Position numbers and translations under genes: made by a program
Shown: positions 1 to 12,644 of the stretch, in pieces
Layout of the letters: each line of letters starts with the position of its first letter
Position numbering within the stretch: position 1 is the first letter of the stretch
DNA from: Craspedostauros australis
Taxonomy: Eukaryota
NCBI GenBank assembly: GCA_030167865.1
Contig: JALAGF010004023.1
Location: 1 to 64,000 of the forward strand
Reading direction: 5' to 3'
Length of the DNA stretch: 64,000 nt
Notes under the pieces: generated by a model
Seen by the model: the letters and a program-made list of their open reading frames with translations, nothing else
The model's database searches: none
Told to the model about the DNA's origin: nothing

Positions 1-167
1 CCTCCGCGAAAACGAAAACAAAGGAAAAGGCTCTGATGAATGGATGGATGTCACCAGGAAGACCTGTCAGTGCGCTCGTGCATGCCGCTTTTGTTGTCGT
101 ATCGCGTCGTATCACGTTGTTTCACATCGATCCAAAGAAAGGTTGTTGGTCGAGAGACACACTGAGC

Positions 168-1938
168 TTACACGACCTCGGGAGCACTGGGCCCAAGGCC
201 AGTGAAGCTTGTCATATCGTATGGGTACTGGAGCTCGTCATGGTCGTGCCGGTGCACTTGGAATAGCACGCAACAGAAGCACCAGAACGAGCAGCAGCAA
301 TCATCCACATATCCTTCACCGCAGCAGCTTCCTCGAATGTTGTATCGCTGGCGGTAGAGGGAGCGGACAATGGTGAGGTTGTACACGACGTAGATGAGCA
401 GGGGCAAGTAAACTGCTCGTCAATTGATGTTTTGTGTTCGCAGCGCCCACGTGATTTCACAGGCATCGGGTGTGCATGCATGGCAGTGCAAATGGAACGC
501 CGCACGCGGAGCGTGGGTATCGCGTTGGGAAAAGGGACGAATTGATGTGGCATGGTTAGGATGAGACATGAGACGGAATGGCTACGCACATGATTTCTCA
601 ATATTCCTTCATACACAACATTGCTGTGTTCTTTCAGCTTCGTCAAGCTCCGAGAAATGGAGTAGATCAATGGAATACTTACCGACGGTTCCGGCTGGCC
701 CCGTTCCAGCAAGGATGACCAGGAGAATGGCGAAGACGATGGAAATGGCAGACACGATGATGCACGTGTTGTTGTACTCGCTGCCTTCGCGCGCGATGGG
801 ATCGAGCTTGTTGCGCTGCATGATTTGCCCCAGAAGAACTCCACCGCAGCAATAGCCCATCTGTTCCGCGAGGACAGCCGCCATTTGTGGTTTGGAGTTG
901 CAAATGCAGTGGGAACAGCAAGGCAAGCGATGAGAGAGTGAGCGAAACGGAGGATGGACACAAAATATTGTGGAATATAACATTGTGGAATAGAAAAGTT
1001 GTGTGCACAGAGAGAAAAAACAATGGGTGTCACCACGACAAATGATCAGTTGGGGAAGTCTCGACTTGTTTGGTTGTGCATTTCGGCGCCGAGATTGTTC
1101 TTCGGATTGCCTGCCCATAACATTCTCATAGGTGCAGGTGAAGATGCAGCCGCAGATACAATGGCATGATACCTAGAGTAAAGAGTACTCACCCAAAATG
1201 GACAGCAGCAGGTCTCGCAACAGGAGCAAAGACCATTGCGCCAGCGTCCAGTCACAACATCTCCTTTCGGCGCCTGCCCGACTTCCATTGGTTGGATGAC
1301 AACTGGGCCTGCACTCACTGCAACCGGCTGGTCCATGGCCGGCTGCGCATGCGCCACAGGGATGATATCGTCCTCTGGATATGGAACCTGGAAAGATTCT
1401 CCCTCCTTGACACCCCCCTCTGGCACAGTGACGGTGAACTGCGGTGATGTGTGTGTGTGTGTGCGTGCGTGCGCGCGTGTCGATTGCAGAGGACGGCACG
1501 GTTGGAAGAAGTGTTGGATGGAAATTCGTTTGTTGAGGAGATGGTGAGATGATGTCGACGATGGTGTCAACGACAACAAGGATGGAACAGCGAAGGCACA
1601 ACGCCACCATCCCAAGCAGACACCCAGCGAAAGGACGGTGAATAGGAAGACGCTGACAGCACATCAAGTGCAAAGCCGCGAGGCAGATCTTCGTGCTCTT
1701 GCTGCTGCATGTCACGGCGTCACGCATGCACCCACAACAGGTGCCGACATGGTGCGAGTTGATTGTGCCGTCTTGTTGTCCAGCGTACACGCTCGGCTGG
1801 CAGCACCACGCTTCGCATGCTGTTGCCGACATGAGAGCTCTTCGCGTAACTCACTGTCGTGCCATCGACGGTCGCATCGAAGGTGTAGCCTTCACCGAGG
1901 GTTGCTGGTGCGATGACTGAGACGGTCCTGACGGTCAT
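168..1938 (-). CDS. PLAC8-family cysteine-rich membrane protein, 4 exons (1938-1855, 1438-1193, 860-683, 412-168)
   Basis: GT-AG splices join in frame: MTVRTVSVIAPATLGEGYTFDATVDGTT/FTVTVPEGGVKEGESFQVP...GRWRNGLCSCCETCCCPFW/MGYCCGGVLLGQIMQR...(hydrophobic)/...RSLYRQRYNIRGSCC...DDCCCSFWCFCCVLFQ. The W..GLCSC, R...R.RYNI.G and DCC...WC.CC...Q motifs are typical of PLAC8. Confidence 0.85.
1448..1480. repeat. (GT)n/(GC)n microsatellite at the 3' end of PLAC8 intron 1
   Basis: tgtgtgtgtgtgtgtgcgtgcgtgcgcgcgtgt. Confidence 0.8.
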
Positions 1939-2695
1939 GTTGTTGATGCTGTTGGTGTTGGTGTTGGCAGAGTTGCTCTTGGATTGTGGGGCCTTTTGTG
2001 CGCTGCTTTCTTTTCTCGCTGGCGTGTGGCTGTGTCTGTGGTCGTGATTGTGGCTCTTGTTGTCAGATGTGTTGTTGCCATGCAGAAGGAAGGGAATCTG
2101 TGTGATGTGTTTTCCATCTGTTTGTTCCTCTCCTCCCTTTGGTCGCACAGCCGATCAATCATCCGAACCCACTCGTGTCTCAACTGAGAGCCCCTCGAGC
2201 GCGTCGACCTGCAGGTTGAAATGGACAGTCTAACCTTTTTCCTGGGATTTCCAAACAATGTAGAATATATATTCATAATCCTCGTGGTCTTTTCATGTAT
2301 GGTGAACGCTTTCATCTTGTAGTTAGGTTGTTTTTAAGTTTTTGGAACGATCAATGTGTTCATTCTAGTCGCGTGGGTCCAACAGCACAGAACTCGTTGA
2401 TGTTGGTCGAAGGTTCCATGATGTTCTCGAAAATTTATCGCCGGGTGCTCTGTCACGGACATACTTGCAACGGTGTCGTTCGTTTGGTGCGCGTTAATTA
2501 CACGTTAGCATGTGCCACATGTTTCCACATTCTGTTCGTCGCAACAACACACAAATCGTTCCCAAACATCACACACAAACACCAAACACCACACATCGTG
2601 TGCCAAACATCATCGTCACACTTTGGCTCCATTTCAAAACTTTCTCCGCCAATGCTGTGCACACCCGCCCTTTCGCTCCATGTCCGTTCTCGTCA

Positions 2696-2726
<31 letters not shown>

Positions 2727-2744
2727 TGTTGTTGTTGTTGTTGT
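2696..2744. repeat. Compound microsatellite (TAG)n(TTG)n
   Basis: tagtagtag...tagttgttgttg... seen directly. Confidence 0.9.
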
Positions 2745-2858
2745 CACCAGCTGGTTGGCCTTTCATCGCATCCTCTCGTTTCGTCTCTTCATCTCAGACC
2801 AGTGCAGTTCATCACATCCAACCAGCAAACAACTCTACTCTACAGCAACAACTACATC

Positions 2859-4668
2859 ATGCTTCTCTCTGCTGCTGCCAAGGCCCTCTCCAAGGATGCT
2901 AACTCTCCCCAGTAAGAAACCGCGTTCAACTCACCCTGTTTCGACTCCTCTCTTCGACTCCAAGGGGTTCCTGCTGCCTACCACTGAGCAGATGTTGTCT
3001 GCCAAACCGTCTGTTGCGTTGAGGAAGCCGAGCACCATCAAGCAAGTGATCGATGTGAAGCCGATGCTTGCAGCAGATGGCCTTTTCTCGAATAGTGCGG
3101 ATGTGCATGCTCGCTAGGTGCTTGTGTTCGTGCACATCCTCGACGACAACGGAGGCGTCTTCGACAACTCTCACGTAAGGGTGCGTTCGGAGGGACAAGG
3201 TGTCGGTGATGAGACTTCAGTGAGCATTATCATGAATGTGCCAACCCCAGCTGTGCCTGACGTTGCACCACCTGTTGAGCCCACCCCACCAGCACGGCTT
3301 CCCAGGTGCTGCGACACTGTTGTTGCTGGGGGTGCACAGATCCCTTCAATGACAGCGACAGCACATATGGTGACAAGGATGGGGAACAGACGTGCGCTGG
3401 CTGGGGCTGGAGGGGTGGCAAGTTTGGGTGTGATCCGAAAGAGGAGGAGAGCTGGAGGCGTGATGCCATCGTTCATGTGATGGCGGCACTTGGATCTAAC
3501 CTTGATCCAAAACTGTTGCAACTGATGCTGAAAAACGGACTCATCCTTGTGGGCCAACATGATCAGGCAATCTGGAGCTACATCACACAGATGTGGAATG
3601 TCATATCATTCGCACATTGGGCAGTACTGCTCCTGGAAGAGGATGTGCCAACTCATCAGATGGAACAGGTGGTTGCATATGTACATGGCAAAGTGGAGCT
3701 TCCTCCTGCAATGTTGGCATCCAATCTGTACACCCTGGGGTTTTCTTGGAGAAACTATGTCTTCCCATAAGGTAAGAGCTGCCTTGGCCATGCCTGTGCC
3801 ACATGCACTGTGTACTGCTATCCTGGGTAGGCATGTGCAAAGGCTGTCAGAGAAACAGAATGTTGGCATGCTTCCCAAATGCGACATCATCATGCAAAGC
3901 CAGGCAAGCATCTTGCACCACTACTTCAACATGTTGAGTCACGGCAAAATCATACCACTGCAAGTTCTTCAGTACTGTGTGGATGCCTGTGATCTGTCGG
4001 GTGTGATGTCGTTCCTCATGACCACAACAATATCTAAGGTGGGGTTGAGTCACACAGTTATGAACATTCAGAATCGTGATGGCGACACGATTCTCCGCCT
4101 TGCATGTCGGAAGGGCAGAGCGTCGACCTTTGGAAGTCTTTTGAGACGAGATTCAGTGAATACTACGCTTCAGATTAGCCACAGTGATGCTGCGTTGCAT
4201 TGCATCTGTCGCGCCTGCCCCAACAACAGCGACCGCTGTCTCCGATGGATGAGGCTGCTGGCTGAAGCTAGCAACGTGAAGGTGGATGTGGAGACGGTGA
4301 ACAATGGAGGGAACACTGTGCTCCACTGTGCTGTGAAGAAGAAATTGGTGATATTGGTCGGGTATCCAACGATGTTGGATGGGATCGATGGTGATATGTG
4401 GATCAGGGCTGGCGACACAGCATGGCATCGTGCGCTTGAAGACGGCCGTAATCCGACAATGGTGGCGTTGATGGAGTCGAACGTACCTGCTTCATTCCCC
4501 GCAAGCACAAGCACAAGTACTCCCGGAGATACAGAAGTGCCATCATGTCAAAGATATTGGAAAGAAATCGACGCAGACGTTGACGTAGACGCCTACACAA
4601 ACGCACAAGTGACAGCCCGAAGCCGCGAACAGGAAGAGGAGCAAGTGGCATGGCATAGTCGTATTTGA
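2859..4668 (+). pseudogene. Degraded ankyrin-repeat protein gene
   Basis: The 3' ORF (3547-4668) has ankyrin-like units: NIQNRDGDTILRLACRKG, DAALHCIC, VNNGGNTVLHCAVKK, AGDTAWHRALEDG. Upstream coding-like sequence is broken by a TAG at 3115-3117 and by frame switches (helical segment in the 3306-3770 frame). CpG is strongly depleted. The 5' boundary is approximate. Confidence 0.6.
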
Positions 4669-5060
4669 TGCCATGCTCTCACCACTCTGTGCGAGATCAA
4701 CGAATCCAGCAAGGAAGGATAGCGTGGGTGGGAGCAGGTACACCCTGCACCATCGCAAGGAGCAGCAGTGTGACAGCCGGCATTTTGAACCATGTCTCTT
4801 TGTCGTCGTACTCGTGCCGAAGTATCACGCAATGAGATGCGATGCATTCATTCGTATAACACACCCATTGGTTCATACAATACTTTATTTAGATCGAGTA
4901 GATCGAGTGGACTGTGCTAAGTCGTTGCTTTGTTGTTTCATTCATCCCCGAGCACAACTCGAACAGTGCCCTCATGGCGGCTATGTTGATGTTCGTGCCG
5001 ATGCCCGTGTTGATGCTCATGTTCATACCCACGATTGTGAACTTGGCATTCTGAAGTGCT

Positions 5061-6098
5061 TTACTTGGGTGGAGCAGACTTGCCGGACATGCTCTTTGAT
5101 GAATTCTCTTTCATCTTGACGAGGGTGTACATGAGGCTGCCTCCGAGGACGGTGAAGATGCCGAGGACGCCCATGAAGGTCGCCTGATTCCCCCAGATGT
5201 AGAAGGCCATCATGGACTGGACGGCCGCCTTGGCCGTTCCGCTGATGTTGTGCGACAGCGGGCTGGTGGCCTTGATCTGCAGCACGGTGACGATGCCGAT
5301 GGAGAATCCGAAGAATCCCGCGACCGTCATGGCGGTCCAGAAGGTGGTGCTGACGAGCTGGGCGTTCATGGCCGCGATGATGGTGGGGACCTCGTAGTAG
5401 AGGATGAGAGGGATGAAGAGGATGCAGGCGTTGACGTTGTTGTAAAACGTGAGGCGCCAGTGATCGTTGTCCACTGCTGGCAGGATCTTCTTGGTGAAGA
5501 TGGAGTTGAGGGAGACGAAGAGCGAGCTGCAGATGCCGGCGACGGTTCCTCTGAAGCTGAAGTTGACCTCGCCCTTGGATCCCATGAAGAAGCCGAGGAT
5601 GACGACGCCCAGGCAGAGCATGGTCCTGGAGGACGTGGAGCTTCCCAGCATGACGCTGGAAAACACGACGTTGAAGACGATGGTCAGGGATCGGGCGACG
5701 TTGTAGAAGGAGACCTCGACCCACTTCAAGCAGAGGTTGTTGAATGTGATCATGCCCACGAAGACGACGCTGAGGGGGAAGACCTTCTTTCCGGTGACGG
5801 CGTTGTACTCGGCCTTCGGGAACTGCGAGAAGAAGGACTTCTTTCCTGCGGCGCTGGCGGAAGGCGCATCGTCATTCGTCTTTGGCAGGATCTCTGCGCG
5901 TTTCTGCATGTGCTGCGCCACTTCTCCGGCCGTCCAGCAGATCAGCGCCGTGATCACGCACTGGTACCACGTGACGAACAGAGGAGCATCGATGGATATT
6001 CCGTCATTCGACATGAGCACCTTGTTCAGGTACACCATGCTGATGGAGACGAACCAGTAGGTCGCCACCACGGACGCGATGTATTGGGTATCGGACAT
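5061..6098 (-). CDS. SLC35C1: GDP-fucose transporter (SLC35C1-like nucleotide-sugar transporter)
   Basis: Single exon from MSDTQY. Motifs YWFVSISMVYLNK, PLFVTWYQC, MITFNNLCLKWVEVSFYNVARSLT, QIKATSPLSHNISGTAKA; about 10 hydrophobic segments. Confidence 0.9.
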   Translation of the reverse strand: MSDTQYIASVVATYWFVSISMVYLNKVLMSNDGISIDAPLFVTWYQCVITALICWTAGEVAQHMQKRAEILPKTNDDAPSASAAGKKSFFSQFPKAEYNAVTGKKVFPLSVVFVGMITFNNLCLKWVEVSFYNVARSLTIVFNVVFSSVMLGSSTSSRTMLCLGVVILGFFMGSKGEVNFSFRGTVAGICSSLFVSLNSIFTKKILPAVDNDHWRLTFYNNVNACILFIPLILYYEVPTIIAAMNAQLVSTTFWTAMTVAGFFGFSIGIVTVLQIKATSPLSHNISGTAKAAVQSMMAFYIWGNQATFMGVLGIFTVLGGSLMYTLVKMKENSSKSMSGKSAPPK

Positions 6099-7431
6099 CT
6101 TGGCTTGCTTTTGTGGTATCTTTGCCTTCCTGCTCTGACGGTCTGCTCTTGCGCTCCTTCTCTGCGTCTGCACTTGCTCTTGTGGTTGTGTGATCGTGGT
6201 GTGACTGCTTGTCTCAATGACTCACGGCGAGTGCGGGTCAACAACAGTGGCTATACTTGGAGTAGCAACGAAAAGCTGGCTTCCGACGAATCTCGGTGAC
6301 TGTTTGGATTGTAACTCGTATTGGTGGATGTGACTGTCTTCACCATGGTTGTGCCGTTGGGTCGTTGGTTGTTGTTGGTTTTGTCGGTGGTGGTGATCGC
6401 GGTGGCAGCGTTGGCAGTGGTTGGCGAAGAAGCGCAACTCGCGGTTGTGTCCGTGATGGCAACAACAATGACCGAAGGTCGAGAAAGGGGGGATGTGCCA
6501 CGATCGACACAGTGGACTCAAAACGAGCCGCACGCCCCTTCTAAAAGAGGGGAATCCCCGTTCCCGAATGCGCGCGTGGCGGTACGACATTGGAATTCGC
6601 TTCTCATCACATCACACAGATTTCAGCGCCGGCAGGATGGCATCATGGCGGTGTCACGAGGTTGATGTGTCATGTTCTGTTGTTCTCTCTCGCTTCTTCT
6701 TTTGGGTGCGAACGTTGACATCACACGAGAGAGGATGGTCATTGCTGCGTGTTGCCGCTGCGGATTGGAGGAAGTAGATGGTCTGCGATTGCGGCGGCGA
6801 CGAAGAACTGCGACGCCGAACGCAACAACAGAACGTAACAACAGAACGCAAAAGGATCCGATTCCGTTGTGGTTTGGCAACACGGTCAGCGCTCTGCTCT
6901 ACGTGTAGATAGTACTTGTGCGCTTACTGTTGGCGCTCCAAGCGAGAAGGAGAGGCACTTCTCGTTTTGATTCCGTGCGTATCATCTGTTGACTTCTGAA
7001 CTTTCTCCTCCGCCGCACGCAGCGTGGTTGTGTGATGCAAGAACGCACGGACTCTCGCTGATGATCCGCAGAAGCGCACAGTTGCGTACCATACCTCCAG
7101 CATACCACTCGCACTCGCACCACACAACAAGAACACTCACACAATCTCTCACAAACAACACAAAGCAAACACACAACCAATCCAGGGAGACAAAACGAAC
7201 ACGCTCCACCCGAAAGGCCGCAAACACATCGCAAACCAAGCACCTGACAATCATCCATCCCCACCAAAGATCCATTCAAAGCAGCACCATAGATAGCACC
7301 ACACAGCATTGAGCACAACCCGACTTGACTTCACTTCACTTCACTGTCACACACAAGCCAATCCAACACAACAAGCACCACCCAATCCAACCCCTTTCAA
7401 ATAGTCTCTCATCATCTTCAACAACATCATC

Positions 7432-7983
7432 ATGCTCTCTGCACACGCGACCCCATTCGTCCCATTGACATACGAACCCGTGGAGCTGGCCATCTTCAAT
7501 GATGGCGTTCCGGCGATGGTTCCAACGGACAAGCACGAAGTTGTCCACAACATCCCTGACGAGGCCATCGACGAGATCTTCCCACCCACCGCGGAAGAAG
7601 CCGCGGAACTGGAGATCGTCGAGCACTACGTCAGCCTCATGGCCCGCTTGGACCTGATGGAGGAGCTCGAGGAGGCCGCGCGTAACGATCACACCGGCTT
7701 CCTCAAGCGCTGGGAGGCACGCCGCGAGCTTTCGGGACGTCCGCGACAGGCACGCCATTCTGTGAGCCATGTGGATCACGGCAAGCGCCCCTCCATCCAG
7801 CGTGACATCACGGACGGCATCGTCGTGCATGATCAGTCCCATCTGGAGCTTGAGAATCGTCTCCGGGCTCGCGAGTATTCCAAGTCCGGTGGCTTGCGAC
7901 AAGGCAAGGCCGCCTTCAAGACCAAGCTGCAAGCGCCACACCATCGCCGCGCGTCCAACACCATCCAGCAACCGCGCAAGTAG
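7432..7983 (+). CDS. 183-aa protein with N-terminal PAM2-like motif and C-terminal IQQPR (ERD15/CID-like)
   Basis: Strong codon bias after a CA-rich leader. MLSAHATPFVP fits the PAM2 pattern L[NS]xxAxxFxP. Acidic middle; ends NTIQQPRK. Confidence 0.7.
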   Translation: MLSAHATPFVPLTYEPVELAIFNDGVPAMVPTDKHEVVHNIPDEAIDEIFPPTAEEAAELEIVEHYVSLMARLDLMEELEEAARNDHTGFLKRWEARRELSGRPRQARHSVSHVDHGKRPSIQRDITDGIVVHDQSHLELENRLRAREYSKSGGLRQGKAAFKTKLQAPHHRRASNTIQQPRK

Positions 7984-9166
7984 GCTCGACTGGGCGACGG
8001 GCCGATGCTCGTGCCTGCGCCGCAGTGGGCAGTTGCACCCGGCCATCATCAACACCAGCGGGATGTGGTGTGGTTACATGCTCATCCGCAATCCGGGGCT
8101 CCAGCGTCACGGCACTGCACCATGCGTAGTCGTACATGCCATGCAATGCCACGCCCTCCTCTTTCCTCGTCAGTGGACAGAGTCACAGGGCCATCCCAAC
8201 CTTTAGCGACGATGACATATCTCCCTCCGTCTGTCTTCCCAACGCAAGACCAAGGCGTCAGCCCAAAAGTCTCACTCACCAGAGACCGTCGAACACTTCG
8301 CAAACGCAAGCACCAACATGAACCACCACTCATCTCTACGTTACCAATACCAACATCAACACACCAACCTGCCCATCGCCTATCACGGAACAAACGAGGT
8401 CGTAATGCAGCCAACAAACAATAGAATATCAGAACACCCAACACCAATACAAAAATGAGAAAATATACATACTCTAGTTAAGCATCAAATCACAGGATAA
8501 TCATCAACGTCTCCAGGCTTCCGCAAGTGCTCATGCTTGATTACGAGTGCAAGTCATGTGCATCCATGTTTGCAATCGATGCATCGATTGGGCGACTACG
8601 CGATTCTCCCCCTCTAGATAGCATGTCCCGTAACGGTCGTTTTCCATCGAAGAATTGAGATCATGAAGCATTCTAGTTTTCTGCTTTGTCAGCTGGTTGT
8701 TGGTTCGGGTCGAGCACCAGGGCTGCCTGCAATACCATAGCATCACGTCCACAAATGAACCGAAGCGCTCGCACGAGCGCACTACATGTTCGTACTCTAG
8801 TCCATGAGCTGCAACGTTACACCGCAAGTTCTATAATTGCTTTTTACAAATGTCGTGTTGGCGTTGCACGATCCTTGTTCATCTGCGCTGGGTCATGCGA
8901 AGATCCCAGGGAACCGAGTGTGGTTGGTCTTGTGATGTGGCGGGCGGTGCATGGGTACGGCCAAAGCCAATCGCCCGGTAAGCTGCATGCGCACGAAATT
9001 CCCCAAACGACCAGGGAATAGCAAAGCCGTCCGCGGCAGATATTCGTAGAGTGGGACATAGCACATGGCAATCCTGCTGCTTGTCCGCTCACCCATCATG
9101 TTCTTGGCGTGACCAAGAATTCGGAAGATACTGATGCTGCGAGATGGTGGGCACGGGCACAGTAAC

Positions 9167-10561
9167 TTAGAAGAATCCCTGTCCGTCACCGAATGGAGAC
9201 CAGTGTCCGGATGTGGCCTGCTCGTACAAGTTCTGGCCGGTGAGGACCTCCTGGACGAAGATTCCGGAGATTGCGGCCATGGCAGCACGTCCGTTGTTGA
9301 GCTCGGCGTTCTTCTGGCGGATCTCCTTGCCTGGCTCCTGCTCCCAGTTGTTGATCTTTCCGAGTCTGACACCGTAGTCTCCGTCGAGCTTGGATGCTGG
9401 CCACCAGGTGAGCTCGATGAATCCTGCGACGAGGATGATCTGGGCGAGTCCGGCGGCTGGGACCTGGAAGAGTCCTCCGATACCGCTGTCGATGTCGGTG
9501 AACTTGATGTTGTTGGATGGGGAAAGGTATCCATCGAAGGTCCACTTGTTGTTGTGGACGAAAGTTCCGAGCATGGCCATCATGGCGATGCGTCCGTGCT
9601 TGCGCTCGACGGCACGGTATCTCTCGAAGGTCTCATCATCGGTGATGTATCCGAGCGGATCGAAGAATCCGAGTGGGGCGGTGGCGCCGATCTCCTGCTC
9701 AGAAACCTTGAGGGAGGTGCTGGTGGCCTGTTGTGAGGGGGTTGGGATGTGTTGAATTGTATCGTGTTGAGTATTGTGCGCAGGTGTGTATCACGAGCCA
9801 CATATCAGGACGAAAGTGACAGAGGAGAGATGGAGGAAGGGACAGGAGGGTGTTAGCCATGGCTCGCGGAAAGGCGACGACAGTTGATGGATCGGAAGGA
9901 CGCAAGCAGAAGAGCTTTTTTCGCCGTCGCATGCGGCGACGCTTTGGAAGATCAGTGCCGACAATCTGGCCATTGACACGATCCTGCTTGTTCTTGATGG
10001 GAGGCATGGACTACGAGGACGGTATCTCAGAGAGAGAGACAGAGAGATATCGTGTCAACGAACCAAGCAACAAGCCAATCAAAACAACGATGCATGCAAG
10101 CTCAGCCAACCCATCTCTCTGGAGACACGAGCTGTCCTGCGATGCATGACGCTGCCATGATGGGAACCCGTCGAACGCAATCCCAATGCATGGGACAACT
10201 CTGATGGGTACCGCCATCACTGAGGATGGAGGCCAACCGTCTCCAGAGTCGGCATTTGGATTCGTTCTTTCGCTTGTTCCCATCGTTCCTTCTTGACTTT
10301 CGGTGCTTGCACCAGACGAAGCTGGGAAAGCTCTCGTTGTGTCAAGGAAGGCGGCTGGCAGGCCATCGCGGATGTGACATCGACATCGACAGAACAACTT
10401 CGTCGTCAGGATGGTGTTGCCGTTGATGTTGCCTGGCATGTCGTGCTGGATCCCCACTGCGGCGTGGGTGAGGAACGAAGAGTAGGGCAACGTACTGGAG
10501 TGGTGGCTGGAGCGAAGGCAGCAGCGGAGGCGATGAGGGAGGCAAGGATGGCGGTCTTCAT
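9167..10561 (-). CDS. Light-harvesting fucoxanthin chlorophyll a/c-binding protein (Lhcf/Lhcq-like), 2 exons (10561-10496, 9727-9167)
   Basis: Exon 1 MKTAILASLIASAAAFAPATTP is a signal peptide with an ASAFAP-type motif. Exon 2 contains GATAPLGFFDPLG, ERKHGRIAMMA and ELNNGRAAMAA (LHC helices 1 and 3). Confidence 0.95.
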
Positions 10562-12644
10562 GGTGATTGCTGTGATTCTTGGACAGTCGGATGGTCTATG
10601 GCCATGTCAGGCCGTCGTCTTGCCAACCAACCCAACAGAGCAGCCACTCACCCAAAGATCCCAACCTCGCGATGTTTCCTCCACACACAGCTCACAACCA
10701 CACGAAGCCACAGAACACAAACACAACAGGGGGCAACGATGCGCACGGAACTACTCGCATGGACACGTTGCGTGCCAAACGACTACGGAAGTTGCCGTTC
10801 GTCTGTCCTCGTTGCATTCCGAAACTTTTCGGCAAATCCCTGATTACGTTTTCTGTCACCGTAGGAAGCTACGTCTTGATGTACCACGCCAGGTTGCATT
10901 GAAGTTGAATGTGAAGATCGCGAGAACGCGAGGTATGTGGTGATGTGTTTGCGAGGTCTGAAACAATGACTTATTCGACCTAAAATGAAGTCAACGCCTG
11001 AGGCGACACTAAGTTTGTACTTCATGTTCGAAAAATGTCGCACCGATGGCGGCCAGACGGATATGAATGCCCAAACAGTCATTTGGGTCGTTCGACTCGA
11101 ACAGCTTTGCTGTGTCTTTGTTGTTGTCGTGGTTCCGTGGAGCTTGTTGTGCTACGGTGTTCCGGTACTGGGTTGTCGTGGAGTGCTTTTTGCGTGTTGT
11201 GCTTGTTGCGTGGTGTTGTGTGTGTGGCGTTGTTTGGCGTTTTCGGTGTTGGAAAGACACCGCACGAACAGCAGCAACAACGTGGATGGCGACAGCAACG
11301 GCGGGAATAGCAACAACAGCGACAGCCAAGGCCAGCCAGCAAGCAAATTGGTGGAAGGTGAGGACCATGACGGTGGTGTGCTCTGTTGTTTGAGTTTGCT
11401 TGTTGGAACGGCACGCAGAGAGGGATTGACGGCAACAAAGATCTTGTTGGCATTGCATTGAGCAACTTCTCGAGGAAACCGCGGGAGCATCGAGCATCGA
11501 AACAGCCGAAGTGCTCGAAGCAAGAAAGGCGAAAGCCAAACAAAGCACAAGAGCACAAAACAACGCAAAAACAAAGACCAAAAGAAGGGCCGAGTGTGAG
11601 TTCGGAGGCGTTGCATGTTTTTGTGTTTGTCGCACCCGCAATCCGTACAAGGGTACGGACGTTAAGTACCACGAAAACTCCCTTTGCCATCAAGGCAAGG
11701 CTCCGATGGTGGCGAACGGGTCCTGCAGAGCAGCAGCCGCAGCAGCAGCAACAGCAGACCATGAATGTAACCACAAGCCAACCCAATAGTCGCACAGGCG
11801 TGCGATTAGGTGTGGACGCAATCAACGATGGCCCTGCAGGACTTTGACGGAAGGCCCCACCTGGTGTTGATACTGGTACTGATGCTGGAGGAGAGAGGAT
11901 GGAAAGGAAGGCAATCTGAATGATGCTAAGCCAAACAGTCGCAACTCTTGTCCCAATCCGCAGCTCGACGCCGCAATGCTCTCTCGCCTGCGAGGATTGG
12001 CAACATCCTTGCTTTGTCCGTGCAGAACAGTGATTCAACATGGTGGAACAACATCAGACGAATCAGCTGGTGATCTTCCTCCTGTCAGTATAGCAGACCC
12101 CAAACTCATCCAACTCGCTTGCCTATCTCTCTCTCTCGCTTTCTTCGCAATCCAATCACCTGACCATGGATCCAACCTCTGGTTCATGTCTGAACAACCT
12201 CTGCGCCCACTCTTCCATATTCTATTGCATTACTTCGTGATGTATGTGAAATGGGATCGACTCAAATGTACCGAATCTGACCGGATATGCACATTTGAAC
12301 AATCATATCAACAATCATATCCCACCAACCACACAATCCACTGAACACCAATCATGCGCAACACCACGACGATGCAACAACACGGCACAACATATGCTAC
12401 GTACAGCCAGATACCTCGCTTTTGCTTTCATCTGTGTTCAGCATCAACCGCCGCCTTGATCTCAACCCAACAACTGAACCACTGAACTTCGCGCTCGACC
12501 TTGCATCCGTTTCGTGGGAGCAGAACTTCGTATTGGAGAGCTTTCATTCGGGATCATCTTCAGCAGCAACATTCGCGTCGACGGTAAAGCAGTTGCAACC
12601 ACTCCACTCGTCCTCCTCCTCTTCTCCTTCCTAGTTGTATTGGG

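Noticed and set aside
5250-6299. 349-aa ORF antisense to the GDP-fucose transporter
   Set aside because: Shadow ORF caused by strong C/G-ending codon bias of the real gene; no motifs.
11000-12640. Overlapping ORFs and possible extra 5' exons or uORFs upstream of CNOT2
   Set aside because: Low-complexity CAG/CAA and TG-rich sequence; I could not build an in-frame splice into the CNOT2 ORF. Probably UTR, intron or promoter.
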